From: Verrucomicrobiota bacterium
Lineage (GTDB): Bacteria > Verrucomicrobiota > Verrucomicrobiia > Limisphaerales > Palsa-1400
DNA: 64,000 nt
Direction: 5' to 3'
Assembly (NCBI GenBank): GCA_049510745.1
Contig: JBEKYR010000002.1
Location: forward strand, 192,001 to 256,000
The position numbers were made by a program, and so were the translations under genes. Shown here piece after piece: positions 14,210-24,468 of this stretch (position 1 is its first letter; every line of letters starts with the position of its first letter). The notes under the pieces are model-generated. The model did no database searches and was not told where the DNA came from. It worked only from the letters and a program-made list of their open reading frames with translations.

Positions 14210-15715
14210 TCAGGTGTATCCGAACGCGCGGCAGAATGGTTCCAAAACGGGGAAAATCGGGGCCAGGTGTTTCTCGTAAGCATGCCACCGGGCCACCGAG
14301 CGGTGATAGACCGGACGGGTCACGTCCTGGTAGGTTGGGGAGTAAAGGTGCTTGGCGGCGCTCTTTTCGTAAAATCGCGCCTGATCCGGGTGCCATTCCA
14401 GGGCAAGGAACTCGGTGACCCGGCGTCCCTCCGCCGGCAGGTCGGCGACGATGTCCTCGTAACGGGTCTGAATCCAGGCAAAGCCTTCCCATTCGCGCAC
14501 CATCAGCCAAATGCCCATGAGGTCGGCGTAGTGCTTGGCCAGGCGCCCGAAATCGAGGAAGTTCACATTGGCCGAGTTGAGGGGGATGTTTTGAAAGTAA
14601 CAACTGAGCGCGACATCGCGGGGATCGCGCAAGGCGATGAGCACGCGCAGTTCCGGGAAGACGCGCAGCCAGAGCGGAAGCCGGGCGGTCGGAGAGGGAT
14701 TTTTGTCCACGAGGATTTTACCGGCCGCGTCGCCGCCCAGGTCCTGCCGGAGCGCCTGGATATAGTGCCGGCGCAGGACATTGACGCGCGCGCTGGAAAG
14801 GGAGTTGGACTTGTGAAACTCCGGCTGGAGAACTTCCAGGAACGCCGCCGGCTCATCGACCGCGGCCACGCCCGGGTGAGCGTCCAGAATTTGCTCCAGC
14901 AAGGTCGTGCCGCTGCGGGGATGGCCGCCGAGAAAGGCCAGCGGCGGGATGGCTTCCCGCTTGCGCTCCGGAAAGAGTTTTGCCCAAGTGCGGAGAACGT
15001 CCTTGGGCTGGCTGGCCGTAAACCGCCGGATGCTCTCCGCGCTTTGATCGTATCCGCGCATGAGCAAGGCCGCGTCCGCCAAGCCGCGCACGATGTCCTT
15101 TGCCTCGCCCAGCAGGCGCATCGCTTCATCGAAACGGTCCGTTCGATCCAGGACCTGGGCCAATTCGTAGCGGGCGGCGTAACGGACGTAGGGATGCCGG
15201 GGCTCGGAGGCGATCAGGTCGCGCAGCCGGCGTTCGGCCTCCTCCAATTTGCCCTCGCGCCGGTCAAGAAGGGCGGAGAAATAGCGGGCCTGGTCGTCTT
15301 GGGGATCAATGGCCAGACACTCGGCGACGGCCGCCCGGGCCTGATCCAGACAATGCGTCTTCTCCAGAAGGACGGCCAGGCTGATGCGGGAGTTGATGCC
15401 ACGCGGATCGGCGGCGGCGGCCCGGAGGAAACAAGCGCGGGCCTTTTCCGGGAAGCGCGACGCCTCGTATTGATGGCCCACCAGGCCGATGAGTTCGGCG
15501 TTGTGCGGCTCCAGTTCGATCGCTTTGCTCCAGGCGCGGTCCGCCAGCTCCAATTGGCGCAATTTGCAGGCGGCATTGCCGCATTCATACCAAACGACCG
15601 CCGCGCCAGGGCATTGCCGGGTCAATTTCTGATAAAGCGCCAAGGCCCGGCTGGCATCGCCGCCAAGCAAGAGATCCCGGGCTCGATTCAGATCGTTCTG
15701 GGCATGGGCCGCCAT
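14210..15715 (-). CDS. TPR-containing sulfotransferase-family protein
   Basis: N-terminal TPRs; GHPRSGTTLLEQIL (PAPS-binding), RDPRDVALS, RYEDIV. Start placed at ATG 15715. Confidence 0.9.
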   Translation of the reverse strand: MAAHAQNDLNRARDLLLGGDASRALALYQKLTRQCPGAAVVWYECGNAACKLRQLELADRAWSKAIELEPHNAELIGLVGHQYEASRFPEKARACFLRAAAADPRGINSRISLAVLLEKTHCLDQARAAVAECLAIDPQDDQARYFSALLDRREGKLEEAERRLRDLIASEPRHPYVRYAARYELAQVLDRTDRFDEAMRLLGEAKDIVRGLADAALLMRGYDQSAESIRRFTASQPKDVLRTWAKLFPERKREAIPPLAFLGGHPRSGTTLLEQILDAHPGVAAVDEPAAFLEVLQPEFHKSNSLSSARVNVLRRHYIQALRQDLGGDAAGKILVDKNPSPTARLPLWLRVFPELRVLIALRDPRDVALSCYFQNIPLNSANVNFLDFGRLAKHYADLMGIWLMVREWEGFAWIQTRYEDIVADLPAEGRRVTEFLALEWHPDQARFYEKSAAKHLYSPTYQDVTRPVYHRSVARWHAYEKHLAPIFPVLEPFCRAFGYT

Positions 15716-15955
15716 AATGACACAAGGCGCAAACGCGCGCCGGCCCAAGGTGCCCCGGCCAAATGAGCGTCACAAGACCCAAATCCGCGCCGTCCCCAAA
15801 CCACCAAAACCGGGCCAAGACAAAAGAGCTTGACAACTCGATTGGCCCTGCTGTTAGATGCACCCACGCTAACCCCCAAGCTGTGGGCCGATTGTGATCG
15901 CTGCGTCGGATCGACGGCTTGCGAAAAAGTGAAGGCTAATAAACAGGAAAGTCTT

Positions 15956-17998
15956 ATGAAAAAACTGCGCTGCTCCCCCAAAATCTCCCGCACCAAGAAA
16001 ATCGCCTGCACCGTCTCGGCGGCCGCCCTCATGCTGGGCGTCAGCTCGGCGGCCACAGTGGGCTTGCACTTCCAGGAAAACTACTGCGGCTCCGCCCGTT
16101 ACTCCGGTTTTCCGGTCACCTTGACCGCGTTCGGCATCGCCCCGAGCGGCTGGGAAAATCTGATCCCGATGGACACGGGCTACGATGGTTGTTCCATCGC
16201 AAGCGCCCCGTATAGTTTCACGTTGAACGAAGTCATCGACACCACCACTTCGGCCAACGGGTTGAATCCCCTGCCAAACGGTTCACTCAATGTGACCTGG
16301 AGCGCCAATGACGCCAATTTCAGCGGATTTGCCGGTTATGGCGGCAAGCCTCCCAGCTATGCCTACGATGGGGCCCCGCCCAACCCCATTCCAACAGGAG
16401 AATGGCAGGTTTACTCAACATTTCTGCGCGACGGAGTTAATTTTGGCATCACTGCGTCGGGCGACTACGATTATCTTTATTGCGGTGACAATTCCCAGCC
16501 TGGTTATACAGTCGATATCACGGGCCTGCACAGCCTCTTCACCAACGGCCCCTTTGTGATCGAATTAATTGCGGCCGCCGATTCCATGCAGACGCTCACG
16601 AATGCCTTTATCATTGACGTGGCTTCTTCCACGACGAATTCGGTCACCTATCCCAGCACTCCCACTCCTTATGACGAGGGGGGAACTTGTAGTCAATGGC
16701 TTCGGGGGCATGGCGGAGGGCTCAGCACGGTCAGCGGGACGTTGAACACCGATCATGTGCAGATTATGAGCAACCATCCGCAACACGGAGGCGTCGGCGT
16801 CCCGCCCAACGGCTTTGACAACGCCGGCACCATCTCCGGCTTCATCATCACCGACAAGCCCGTGGTCACCATGCCGCCCCAATCGCTCTTGGCGAATCTG
16901 GGAGACACAGTTCTGCTGAACCCTTATGCCATTGGCGTGCCGCCGCTGTCGTACCAGTGGCGCAGGAACGGAAGCGCGATTGCCAGCGCCACCGATTCAT
17001 CCTACACGATTGCCGCAGTCACCCTCGGGAACGCCGGAAATTACGATCTGGTGGTCACCAATCTTTACGGCGCCACCACAAGCCTCGTTGCCACCGTGGG
17101 AAGCTTCATCACGCAGGCGTCCGCCGCCGAGGTTGTTGCTGATTCCAATCCCGCCAACCCGGAACGGGACGGCACGGACCTGGGAGCAACCTGGCTGGCT
17201 TCCAGTTCGGATGGCACGACCACCCGTTCAGGCGTGATGCAATTCGTGGCGGCCCAGACCAACGGCATTTCAGTCCAGGGAACCACCAACTTCGATGTCG
17301 ACGCGGGCACGGTCATGTTCTGGATGCAGTCGGCGGGGACTGATACCAGCACGAGCGGAGCCAACGGAGCGTCGCTCTTTTGCCGGCCTTCCGGCACGGC
17401 GGGCGTTGACTTTATGGTGCTGCAGCAAGACGACGGCACCCTCGAGTTCATAGCCCCCGAATCGGCCAACATTTTTGGCTCTGTGGCAAACGTGTCGGAC
17501 AACAAGTGGCATTTTGTGGCGGTCACCTTTGACTCCTCGGGGGCCGGTGGCGCCATCCTCTATGTCGATGGCGCCTTGGATACGACCAATGCCAATTTCC
17601 TCTCATGGTCCTGGCCGGTGGGCCAGCCGCTTCAGATCGGCTTCTCCACGGACTCGACCTGGAGGGCTTACAATGGCTTGCTGGACGACGTTCGCTTCTA
17701 CAACCGCCAGTTGACCGCGGCTGAGATCGCCTCTGTCTTCCATACCGGCGCTTTGGTGGACACCAACGCGCTCCAGATGCAACTCAATTTCAGCGCCCCT
17801 CCCGGAATGGGAATCGTTCTGAGTTGGAAGGAGAGCACCGCCGTCCTCCAATCAGCTTCCAAAGTAAACGGGCCTTATTTGGATGTGCCGGCGGCGGTTT
17901 CGCCCTATATCGTCGTCCCCGAGGCGACTGAAAAGTTCTTCCGCTACCGCTACCTCCACGCGCCGCAATCGCTGATCAGCAATCCCTATCTCATGTGA
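15956..17998 (+). CDS. Secreted protein with Ig-like and LamG/ConA-like domains
   Basis: Signal peptide; PPLSYQWRRNG..GNYDLVVTNLYG (Ig); WHFVAVT..LYVDG..GLLDDVRFYNRQL (LamG). Confidence 0.85.
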   Translation: MKKLRCSPKISRTKKIACTVSAAALMLGVSSAATVGLHFQENYCGSARYSGFPVTLTAFGIAPSGWENLIPMDTGYDGCSIASAPYSFTLNEVIDTTTSANGLNPLPNGSLNVTWSANDANFSGFAGYGGKPPSYAYDGAPPNPIPTGEWQVYSTFLRDGVNFGITASGDYDYLYCGDNSQPGYTVDITGLHSLFTNGPFVIELIAAADSMQTLTNAFIIDVASSTTNSVTYPSTPTPYDEGGTCSQWLRGHGGGLSTVSGTLNTDHVQIMSNHPQHGGVGVPPNGFDNAGTISGFIITDKPVVTMPPQSLLANLGDTVLLNPYAIGVPPLSYQWRRNGSAIASATDSSYTIAAVTLGNAGNYDLVVTNLYGATTSLVATVGSFITQASAAEVVADSNPANPERDGTDLGATWLASSSDGTTTRSGVMQFVAAQTNGISVQGTTNFDVDAGTVMFWMQSAGTDTSTSGANGASLFCRPSGTAGVDFMVLQQDDGTLEFIAPESANIFGSVANVSDNKWHFVAVTFDSSGAGGAILYVDGALDTTNANFLSWSWPVGQPLQIGFSTDSTWRAYNGLLDDVRFYNRQLTAAEIASVFHTGALVDTNALQMQLNFSAPPGMGIVLSWKESTAVLQSASKVNGPYLDVPAAVSPYIVVPEATEKFFRYRYLHAPQSLISNPYLM

Positions 17999-18036
17999 TC
18001 CCTTAACCCCGGCACAGGGGCGCCGAAAAGAGGAAG

Positions 18037-19107
18037 CTATTTGGCCTCCGCTGCCGTGGCGGGGAGGGCGTTGCGTTTGGCCATGATGGCGGCGACAATC
18101 TTTTCGGCCAGGGCGGGTTTCTCCACCAGGGCCTGGCGGGCGGCCTCCTTGCCCTGGCCGATTAACTCGCCCTCGAATTGCAGCCAGGCGCCTTTCTTGT
18201 CCACCACGCCGTGGGCGATGCCCACGTCCAGGATGCTGCCTTCCTTGTTGATGCCGTGATCGTAGAGAATCTCGAATTCCGCCTCGGCGAAGGGCGGGGC
18301 GACTTTGTTTTTGACAATTTTCACCTTGACTGCGTTGCCGATGGCGGCGCCGGCCGCGTCCTTCAAGGTGTCGCGCCGGCGGATGTCGATGCGGATGCTG
18401 GCGTAGAATTTGAGCGCCTTGCCGCCGGGGGTCGTTTCCGGGTTGCCGAACATCACGCCGACTTTTTCGCGCAACTGGTTGGTGAAGATGCAGGTGGTTT
18501 TGGATTTGGCGAGGATGGCGGTGAGTTTGCGCAAGGCCTGGCTCATCAGGCGCGCCTGCATGCCCATCGTCGCCATGCCCATCTCGCCTTCCAACTCGGC
18601 CTTCGGCACGAGGGCGGCGACCGAATCGACCACAATGACGTCCAGGGCGTTGGAGCGGGCCAGTGTTTCACAGATGCTCAGGGCCTCCTCGCCGCTGTCC
18701 GGCTGGGAAACCAGCAGGTCATCGAGATTCACCCCCAGTTTCTTGGCGTAGGCCGGGTCCAGCGCGTGTTCGGCGTCGATGAACGCGGCCAGGCCGCCGG
18801 CTTTCTGCGCGCTGGCAATGACATGCAGCATCAGGGTGGTTTTGCCGGAGGATTCGGGGCCGAAAATCTCGACCACCCGCCCGCGCGGCACCCCGCCCAC
18901 CCCCAGCGCCAAGTCCACCGCCAGCGCGCCGGTGGGGATGACCGCGATGCCCACCTTGGCCCGGGCGTCGCCCAGCCGCATGATGCTGCCGTCCCCGTAT
19001 GTTTTGGTGATCGAGGAAATGGCGGCGTCGAGGTCCCGCTGGCGCGTGGCCGAGATTTTGGGATCGGCGGGTTTTGTTTCGGCCGGTTTTTCGGATTTAG
19101 GAGGCAT
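18037..19107 (-). CDS. recA: Recombinase RecA
   Basis: [40 protein letters not shown]. Confidence 0.99.
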   Translation of the reverse strand: MPPKSEKPAETKPADPKISATRQRDLDAAISSITKTYGDGSIMRLGDARAKVGIAVIPTGALAVDLALGVGGVPRGRVVEIFGPESSGKTTLMLHVIASAQKAGGLAAFIDAEHALDPAYAKKLGVNLDDLLVSQPDSGEEALSICETLARSNALDVIVVDSVAALVPKAELEGEMGMATMGMQARLMSQALRKLTAILAKSKTTCIFTNQLREKVGVMFGNPETTPGGKALKFYASIRIDIRRRDTLKDAAGAAIGNAVKVKIVKNKVAPPFAEAEFEILYDHGINKEGSILDVGIAHGVVDKKGAWLQFEGELIGQGKEAARQALVEKPALAEKIVAAIMAKRNALPATAAEAK

Positions 19108-19135
19108 GAGGCAAGTTTAAGGTTAAGGTTTAAAG

Positions 19136-19969
19136 TTAAAAGTCTTCTGAATTTGCATCCGCTTGGGCGGTTGAGTCAATGGCGGGTTCGCCGGCCCCGG
19201 CGCCGCGGTGGCAGCAGACGCCGCGCCGGCTGGCGGCGATGAAATCGAGCAGCACGGTGGCGGACGCGCCGGTGAATTGCGTCCGCGCCTCGGCCACCGC
19301 CTCGGAAAGATTCTGCCCGGAGCGAAAGAGCTTGTGGTAAAGCCGTTTCAATTCCAGGCGCTCCTCGGCGCTGAATTGGGCGCGGCGCAGGCCGATGACG
19401 TTGAGTCCACAGAGGTTGTTGACGCCGCGCGCGATGGCAAAGGGAGGCACGTCCTGGCTGACGGCCGTGCCGCCTTGCAGGATGACCAGCGTGCCGAGGC
19501 GCACGAATTGATGCACCAGACAGTTGCCGGAGATGAACACGCCATCGGCCACTTGCGCATAGCCGCCCAGCAAGGCGCCGTTGGCCACGATGACGCGGCT
19601 GCCCAGGCAGACATTGTGGCCGACGTGCGAATTGACCATGAGAAAATTGTCCGAGCCAATGACGGTGGCTTCATCGGGTTTGGCCGAGCCATGCACGGTG
19701 ACCCCTTCGCGAAAGAGGTTGCGGTCGCCGATGACCAGGCGCGCCGGCTCGCCCTTGTATTTGACATCCTGGGGCGCGTCGCCGATGACGCAGCCGGCGT
19801 GGAAATGGTTGCCGGCGCCGATGGTGGCGTGGCCGGTGAGATACACGTGCGGCCCGACCCGGCAGCCCGGGCCGAGAGAGACATGCGCGTCAATCACGGC
19901 GCAGGGGCGGACCTCGACCGTGGAATCCAGTTGGGCTTTTGGACTAATGATGGCCGTTGGATGGATCAT
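19136..19969 (-). CDS. lpxA: Acyl-ACP--UDP-N-acetylglucosamine O-acyltransferase
   Basis: MIHPTAII, hexapeptide repeats, PQDVKY, NSHVGH, VHQF, DVPPF. Lies outside the usual lpxD-fabZ context, so possibly a paralogue. Confidence 0.88.
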   Translation of the reverse strand: MIHPTAIISPKAQLDSTVEVRPCAVIDAHVSLGPGCRVGPHVYLTGHATIGAGNHFHAGCVIGDAPQDVKYKGEPARLVIGDRNLFREGVTVHGSAKPDEATVIGSDNFLMVNSHVGHNVCLGSRVIVANGALLGGYAQVADGVFISGNCLVHQFVRLGTLVILQGGTAVSQDVPPFAIARGVNNLCGLNVIGLRRAQFSAEERLELKRLYHKLFRSGQNLSEAVAEARTQFTGASATVLLDFIAASRRGVCCHRGAGAGEPAIDSTAQADANSEDF

Positions 19970-20089
19970 GCAACCGGCTTCATAAAAGGCACAACGCCGC
20001 CGAAGCGTCAAGCTCCGCCATCCTTGGGCAATGTCCTAATTTGGACGAATTGACGTTTGTAATCGGGGTTGGCACGGAAATTGATTTAT

Positions 20090-20572
20090 CTATTTTGGAA
20101 AATAAAATTTAACCTTTTCCGCGGCAAGCATTTGAAACGGATTTACGCAACCAACATCCATTGCTTTGCAGGCATTTGGAATTTTGACCTGCTTCCCGCT
20201 TGATGCAATTTCAGTCGTGACGACCATGTGCTTGTACGCATGGGCATAGCCAACTAACACAAAATCTGCATCCCCCAAGAATTTAGCCTGTGCCGCACCG
20301 GTATAATTATCAAGAACCCAACCGGTTAAGATCTTTAAACTTTCATAAGTTTGCCCTTCATTAGTTTCAACAAACATTGTCCTTCTCTGTTTGGCCCAGT
20401 TAGAGAGCCAGTCTTGCCGCCCCATCAATTCATCTCGAACTCTTTTAATGCTTAAAACTTTCCCGTTTGCATGTGCATGATCCAGCCATTCCCAAAATCC
20501 AGGACATATAGCAGGTCCATAGTAATGGTTTTTTGCTTCAATAAAAACGTTCGAGTCTAATAGATAGGCCAT
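20090..20572 (-). CDS. DUF4411-family PIN-like protein
   Basis: YLLDSNVFIEAKNHYY..CPGFWEWL, ADFVLVGYA, VVTTE, KIPNAC. Confidence 0.88.
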   Translation of the reverse strand: MAYLLDSNVFIEAKNHYYGPAICPGFWEWLDHAHANGKVLSIKRVRDELMGRQDWLSNWAKQRRTMFVETNEGQTYESLKILTGWVLDNYTGAAQAKFLGDADFVLVGYAHAYKHMVVTTEIASSGKQVKIPNACKAMDVGCVNPFQMLAAEKVKFYFPK

Positions 20573-21717
20573 TCCGTTCCCTTTTGTAGCTCCCTGATAT
20601 ATTTTAGGAAAGTTGCCTCTTTTTTTATACCAAGAAACTGCATCGCATCACGTTGCATTGTTCGTCCAGCAAGGGCCTCCTGAATGATCGTTATAGAAAA
20701 CCTTCTGCTATGTTTATATTGCTCATTTACATAATAATTCCCACCGGTGGATTTGGTTGCCACGCTGGCAATCATTTTGTAATAAGAATTGAATTTAGCC
20801 TCTGTGAGTAAGGCGGCATCGCGGGCACGCCTTGCGACCACAACACGGCTGATTTTATATTCACGGGATAATCTGTCAATCTCACCAATATCATTTATCT
20901 CCCCTCGCCATGAAACACGAAGTTCTTCAAGTGGCAAGAGAACCTCTGCGGCTACACTGTTGCAATAGCGTTCGAGTTCAGTGTGGGTGGAATATGTCCT
21001 TTCAAGATTAGAAACTCCGGTTTCGCCAAGCCACACATGAGCAATTTCGTGGGCAATCGTGAATATCTGCGCTGCCGGAGCGTCGGCCCCGTTTATGAAA
21101 ATCAGCGGAGCATATTCATCGGATAGCGCGAATCCGCGAAATTCATCAACTGATAATATACGACTTGTGTTCTCCCCGACGTATCCAGACCTCAAAACAA
21201 GAATGCCAGAATCCTCTGCCGCCTCAATCGTGTACCTGATCGTGTCTTCCCATTTTACCGTCCTTTGGGCTAATGCAGGGCCGATGTTTAACGTTCTCCT
21301 GATGTCTTCTGCGGTTTCTCGCGCCGGGATTCGTATGGAAGATTTACCAACAAAAGGTAATGGCGTTTTGCCGTTGGAAATCAGATACTCTCGATACCAA
21401 TCTTGTTTGAGTTGTGCGCTGTAAATGACATCCAAGAGATCGTTGCTTGGGTCCGACGAATCTGCACCGTCAACTCGGCGAAAATCGGCAATTGGCAGAC
21501 TAGGCTGCGGTGGCTCTTGCAGAAATAAAAATCCAAATGGGGTATCCGTTTTATCAGCCAATGGTTCCACCAAAGAAAATGGAATGGAGCCAGTTGCCTC
21601 CCATTTCTTCACAAGTCCCAATTGAACCCCAATACGCTCGGCCAATGTGGCCTCAGAAAGGCCCGCCTTGTTGCGCGCCCAGCGCAAGACGCCCGGATTA
21701 AGTATTGCATCGCTCAT
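20557..21717 (-). CDS. XRE-HTH + ImmA/IrrE-family metallopeptidase
   Basis: N-terminal HTH (LRWARNKAGLS..KWE); EFRGFAL, FTIAHEIAH (HExxH), ERYCNSVAAEVLLP. Confidence 0.92.
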   Translation of the reverse strand: MSDAILNPGVLRWARNKAGLSEATLAERIGVQLGLVKKWEATGSIPFSLVEPLADKTDTPFGFLFLQEPPQPSLPIADFRRVDGADSSDPSNDLLDVIYSAQLKQDWYREYLISNGKTPLPFVGKSSIRIPARETAEDIRRTLNIGPALAQRTVKWEDTIRYTIEAAEDSGILVLRSGYVGENTSRILSVDEFRGFALSDEYAPLIFINGADAPAAQIFTIAHEIAHVWLGETGVSNLERTYSTHTELERYCNSVAAEVLLPLEELRVSWRGEINDIGEIDRLSREYKISRVVVARRARDAALLTEAKFNSYYKMIASVATKSTGGNYYVNEQYKHSRRFSITIIQEALAGRTMQRDAMQFLGIKKEATFLKYIRELQKGTEWPIY

Positions 21718-21944
21718 AATACAGCCTCCGATTTAAGCAGGCTGCCGCCAGTTTTGATGTAATCCGAAACCAGCCAATCCACTAACCATGACGGCTTCTT
21801 TTTCCACTGATTCCGTGCAGCCTGCCAGTTTTGTTCGTTTAAGGAAACACAAATTTTTACGGTCCCGCCTGGTCTCGGTTTTCTCCCGGCATTTTTTCTC
21901 CACCCTCCCCATCCCGATTTTTTCTTCATTTTTTCGTTTGACAT
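21714..21944 (-). CDS. Small putative DNA-binding protein (RHH-like)
   Basis: GWGGWRKNAGRKP basic motif, then strand-helix-helix; stop overlaps the start of the IrrE-like gene. Confidence 0.65.
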   Translation of the reverse strand: MSNEKMKKKSGWGGWRKNAGRKPRPGGTVKICVSLNEQNWQAARNQWKKKPSWLVDWLVSDYIKTGGSLLKSEAVL

Positions 21945-22001
21945 ATCTACTTGATATAGTACGATTAAATCAAACTAGGCGAAAAGTCAAAGGAAAAATT
22001 T

Positions 22002-22668
22002 ATGGCAAATGAACTGAAAACCGAAAAAAAAGACGGTTGCGGTTTCCATGCTGGCCGAAGGCAGCAGCATCCGCTCCATTGAACGAACCATCGGCATTCA
22101 CCGCGATACGGTCATGCGGCTTGGCGTGCGCGTTGGCCAGGGTTGCCAGCGCATCATGGACGAAAAGCTCCGCAACCTGAATTGTGGGCGGATTGAGGTT
22201 GACGAGGTATGGGGATTTATCGGGATGAAGCAAAAAACGGCCATGCGGATGAATCAGCCTGGCCCTGACGTTGGCGACATTTGGACGTGGGTTGCCCTTG
22301 ACCCGGAAACCACACTTGTGCCGACGTTTGCCATTGGCGACCGGACGCAATACATGGCGAATTGTTTCATTGAGGATTTGGCGTCTCGCCTTGCTCACCG
22401 GGTTCCACTTTCCAGTGACGGCCTCGAAGCGTATCAGGACGCACTTGAACGCGCTTTCGGCTGCGAAGTGGACTACGGCTCAATTATCAAAATCTTTGGC
22501 CATACGGAACTTGCGGAACAACGGCGGTATTCCCCGCCGGAAGTCGTGAGGGTTAACAGGGTGGCCATCCAAGGGATGCCGGATGTTGACCTAATCTCCA
22601 CAAGCCACGTTGAAAAACAAATCCGCAATTTGGAAGACAAGTTGAGCAGTCTTAAAAAACCAAATTAG
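22002..22668 (+). pseudogene. IS1-family transposase, frameshifted and C-terminally truncated
   Basis: EGSSIRSIERTIGIHRDT (HTH), IEVDEVWGFIG, LSSDG, ISTSHVEKQ, then similarity ends. ATG 22002 is one base out of frame with 22048, across an A8 run at 22024-22031. Confidence 0.85.
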
Positions 22669-22849
22669 GACACTACCCATCCTTGAAAATCCAAAGCGCA
22701 AGTCCCGATTTTCAAGGATCAGGATTCGGCCCCCCGGGAACCGGGGCGGGCACAGTCCCTCTCAATCGCGCCCGGCCGCTTCTTTCGACAAACAATTCTC
22801 CCGCGTCCGCCGAAAGCGGGCGCGGGAGAAGTCGTGCAGCGGAGCAGGG

Positions 22850-24352
22850 TCAACCTGCTTTGCTCTCATCCACCACCAGGTAGTGGCTGCCATTGCCGCT
22901 CCAAACATGGAGCAGGGTTGTTTTGTCCTTCGCGTGCTCAGTGAACTTGACGGCGTCATCGGCGCTTTTCACCGGGTGATGGTTGATCTCCAGGATCACG
23001 TCGCCCGGCTTGAGGCCCGCTTCGGCCGCGGCGGAGTTGGGGGCGACCTCCGTCACCACCGCGCCTTTGACGTGTTCGGGGATGCCGAATTGCTGGTGGG
23101 CCTGCGCGTTCAGGTCGCTCACCGCCACGCCTTGGAGAGTGTCGGTGTCCTGCGAATTGTCCGCGTCGTTTTTGGCCAACTGGTCGCTGCCCGGCAATTC
23201 CTTCACCTTGACTTCCAGGGTCCTGGTGGAACCGTCGCGGAGGATTTCCACCGGCACTTTGTCGCCGGGAGCGGTGTTGGCCACGGCCAGTTTCAGATGA
23301 CGGCTGTCGCTGACCTTGTGGCCGTTGAACTCGACAATCACGTCGCCGTTTTGCAGGCCCGCCTTGGAGGCCGGGCCATCGGGCACAACCCCGCCCACCA
23401 GCGCGCCCTGGTCGTTCTTGAGGTTGAACTCCCTGGCCAGCGGCGGAGTAATATCCTGGATCATGACGCCCAGGTAGCCGCGGGTCACTTTGCCGTACTC
23501 GATGAGGCTGACCATGATCCCGCGCGCCAGATCGGTCGGGATGGCGAAACCTATGCCCTGGTTGCCGCCGTTGCGGCTGTAAATCGCGGTGTTAATGCCG
23601 ATCAAACGGCCCTCCGCATCCACCAATGCGCCGCCGGAATTGCCCGGGTTGATCGCGGCATCCGTCTGGATGAAGTCCTCATAATCCAGGCCCAACGTGG
23701 CGCGCCCGGTCGCGCTGATGATGCCCATCGTCACCGTCTGGCCGATGGCATAGGGATTGCCGATGGCCAAAACGACATCGCCGACCTCGGCTTTGTCGCT
23801 CTCGGCAAAGGAGACGGCGGGAAGGTCGTGGGCGTCGATCTTGATGACGGCGAGGTCGGATTTGGGGTCTTTGCCGATGACTTTGGCGGTAAACTCCCGG
23901 CCGTCGTTGAGCGTGACAGTGACTTCGTTGGCGCCATCGACGACGTGATTATTGGTCAGGATGTAGCCGTCCTTGGTGACGAGGACGCCGGAGCCGGCGC
24001 CGTGTTCGGGCGGCGTGTATAATTTCTGATGGAAGCCGGGAAATTGCGGCCCAAAGAATTGGCGGAAGAAAGGATCCTCGGGCAGGTTGAGATTGGCCGG
24101 GGTTTCCTTGGCCGCGATTTTCACCGCCACCTTGACGACGCTGGGGATGACTTTCTTGACGATGGGGGCGAAGCTGGCGCTGAGTTTGACGTCATGCGCC
24201 AGCGGGCGGTCATCCACGACCAGGCCGAGGGATTTGACCTTTGACGCCTGGTCGCTGGCATGAACCGTGGTCACCACGGCGTAGCTGCCGGCCAGGAAAG
24301 CGCCGCCCAAGAGGAGGGCGGCCACGCTGCGAAATGTCTGATTTGTTTTCAT
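22850..24352 (-). CDS. degP: DegP/HtrA (Do-family) serine protease with two PDZ domains
   Basis: GSGV, TNNHVV, SDLAVIK, QTDAAINPGNSGG; export signal. Confidence 0.95.
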   Translation of the reverse strand: MKTNQTFRSVAALLLGGAFLAGSYAVVTTVHASDQASKVKSLGLVVDDRPLAHDVKLSASFAPIVKKVIPSVVKVAVKIAAKETPANLNLPEDPFFRQFFGPQFPGFHQKLYTPPEHGAGSGVLVTKDGYILTNNHVVDGANEVTVTLNDGREFTAKVIGKDPKSDLAVIKIDAHDLPAVSFAESDKAEVGDVVLAIGNPYAIGQTVTMGIISATGRATLGLDYEDFIQTDAAINPGNSGGALVDAEGRLIGINTAIYSRNGGNQGIGFAIPTDLARGIMVSLIEYGKVTRGYLGVMIQDITPPLAREFNLKNDQGALVGGVVPDGPASKAGLQNGDVIVEFNGHKVSDSRHLKLAVANTAPGDKVPVEILRDGSTRTLEVKVKELPGSDQLAKNDADNSQDTDTLQGVAVSDLNAQAHQQFGIPEHVKGAVVTEVAPNSAAAEAGLKPGDVILEINHHPVKSADDAVKFTEHAKDKTTLLHVWSGNGSHYLVVDESKAG

Positions 24353-24442
24353 TGTTCGTTCTGATTCTTGTTTCCGTTGCACTTTGCATTCGTTACCGAA
24401 AACAAGATGGCAGGGCCGGATGACAGCAGGCTTTCCGGAGTA

Positions 24443-24456
24443 TTACAAATTGGTAA
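24443..24456. promoter_or_regulatory. Palindromic response-regulator-like box upstream of degP
   Basis: TTAC-AAATTG-GTAA, about 90 bp before the degP ATG. Confidence 0.4.
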
Positions 24457-24468
24457 GGAAAACGCCCT

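Larger units (their letters stand above)
20027..22677. mobile_element. IS1-family-like cargo-carrying element, probably non-autonomous
   Basis: TIRs GGCAATGTCCTAATTTGG (20027-20044) and reverse complement GGTAGTGTCCTAATTTGG (22660-22677), 16/18 identical. CATCCTTG duplicated at 20019-20026 and 22678-22685. Interior is AT-richer. Confidence 0.92.

Noticed and set aside
19108..19145. LexA box upstream of recA
   Set aside because: No TGTTC-N4-GAACA or other SOS-like palindrome seen.
20070..20085. Sigma54-like TGGCACGGAAATTGAT inside the left end of the element
   Set aside because: The -12 reads GA rather than GC and points antisense to DUF4411; insufficient support.
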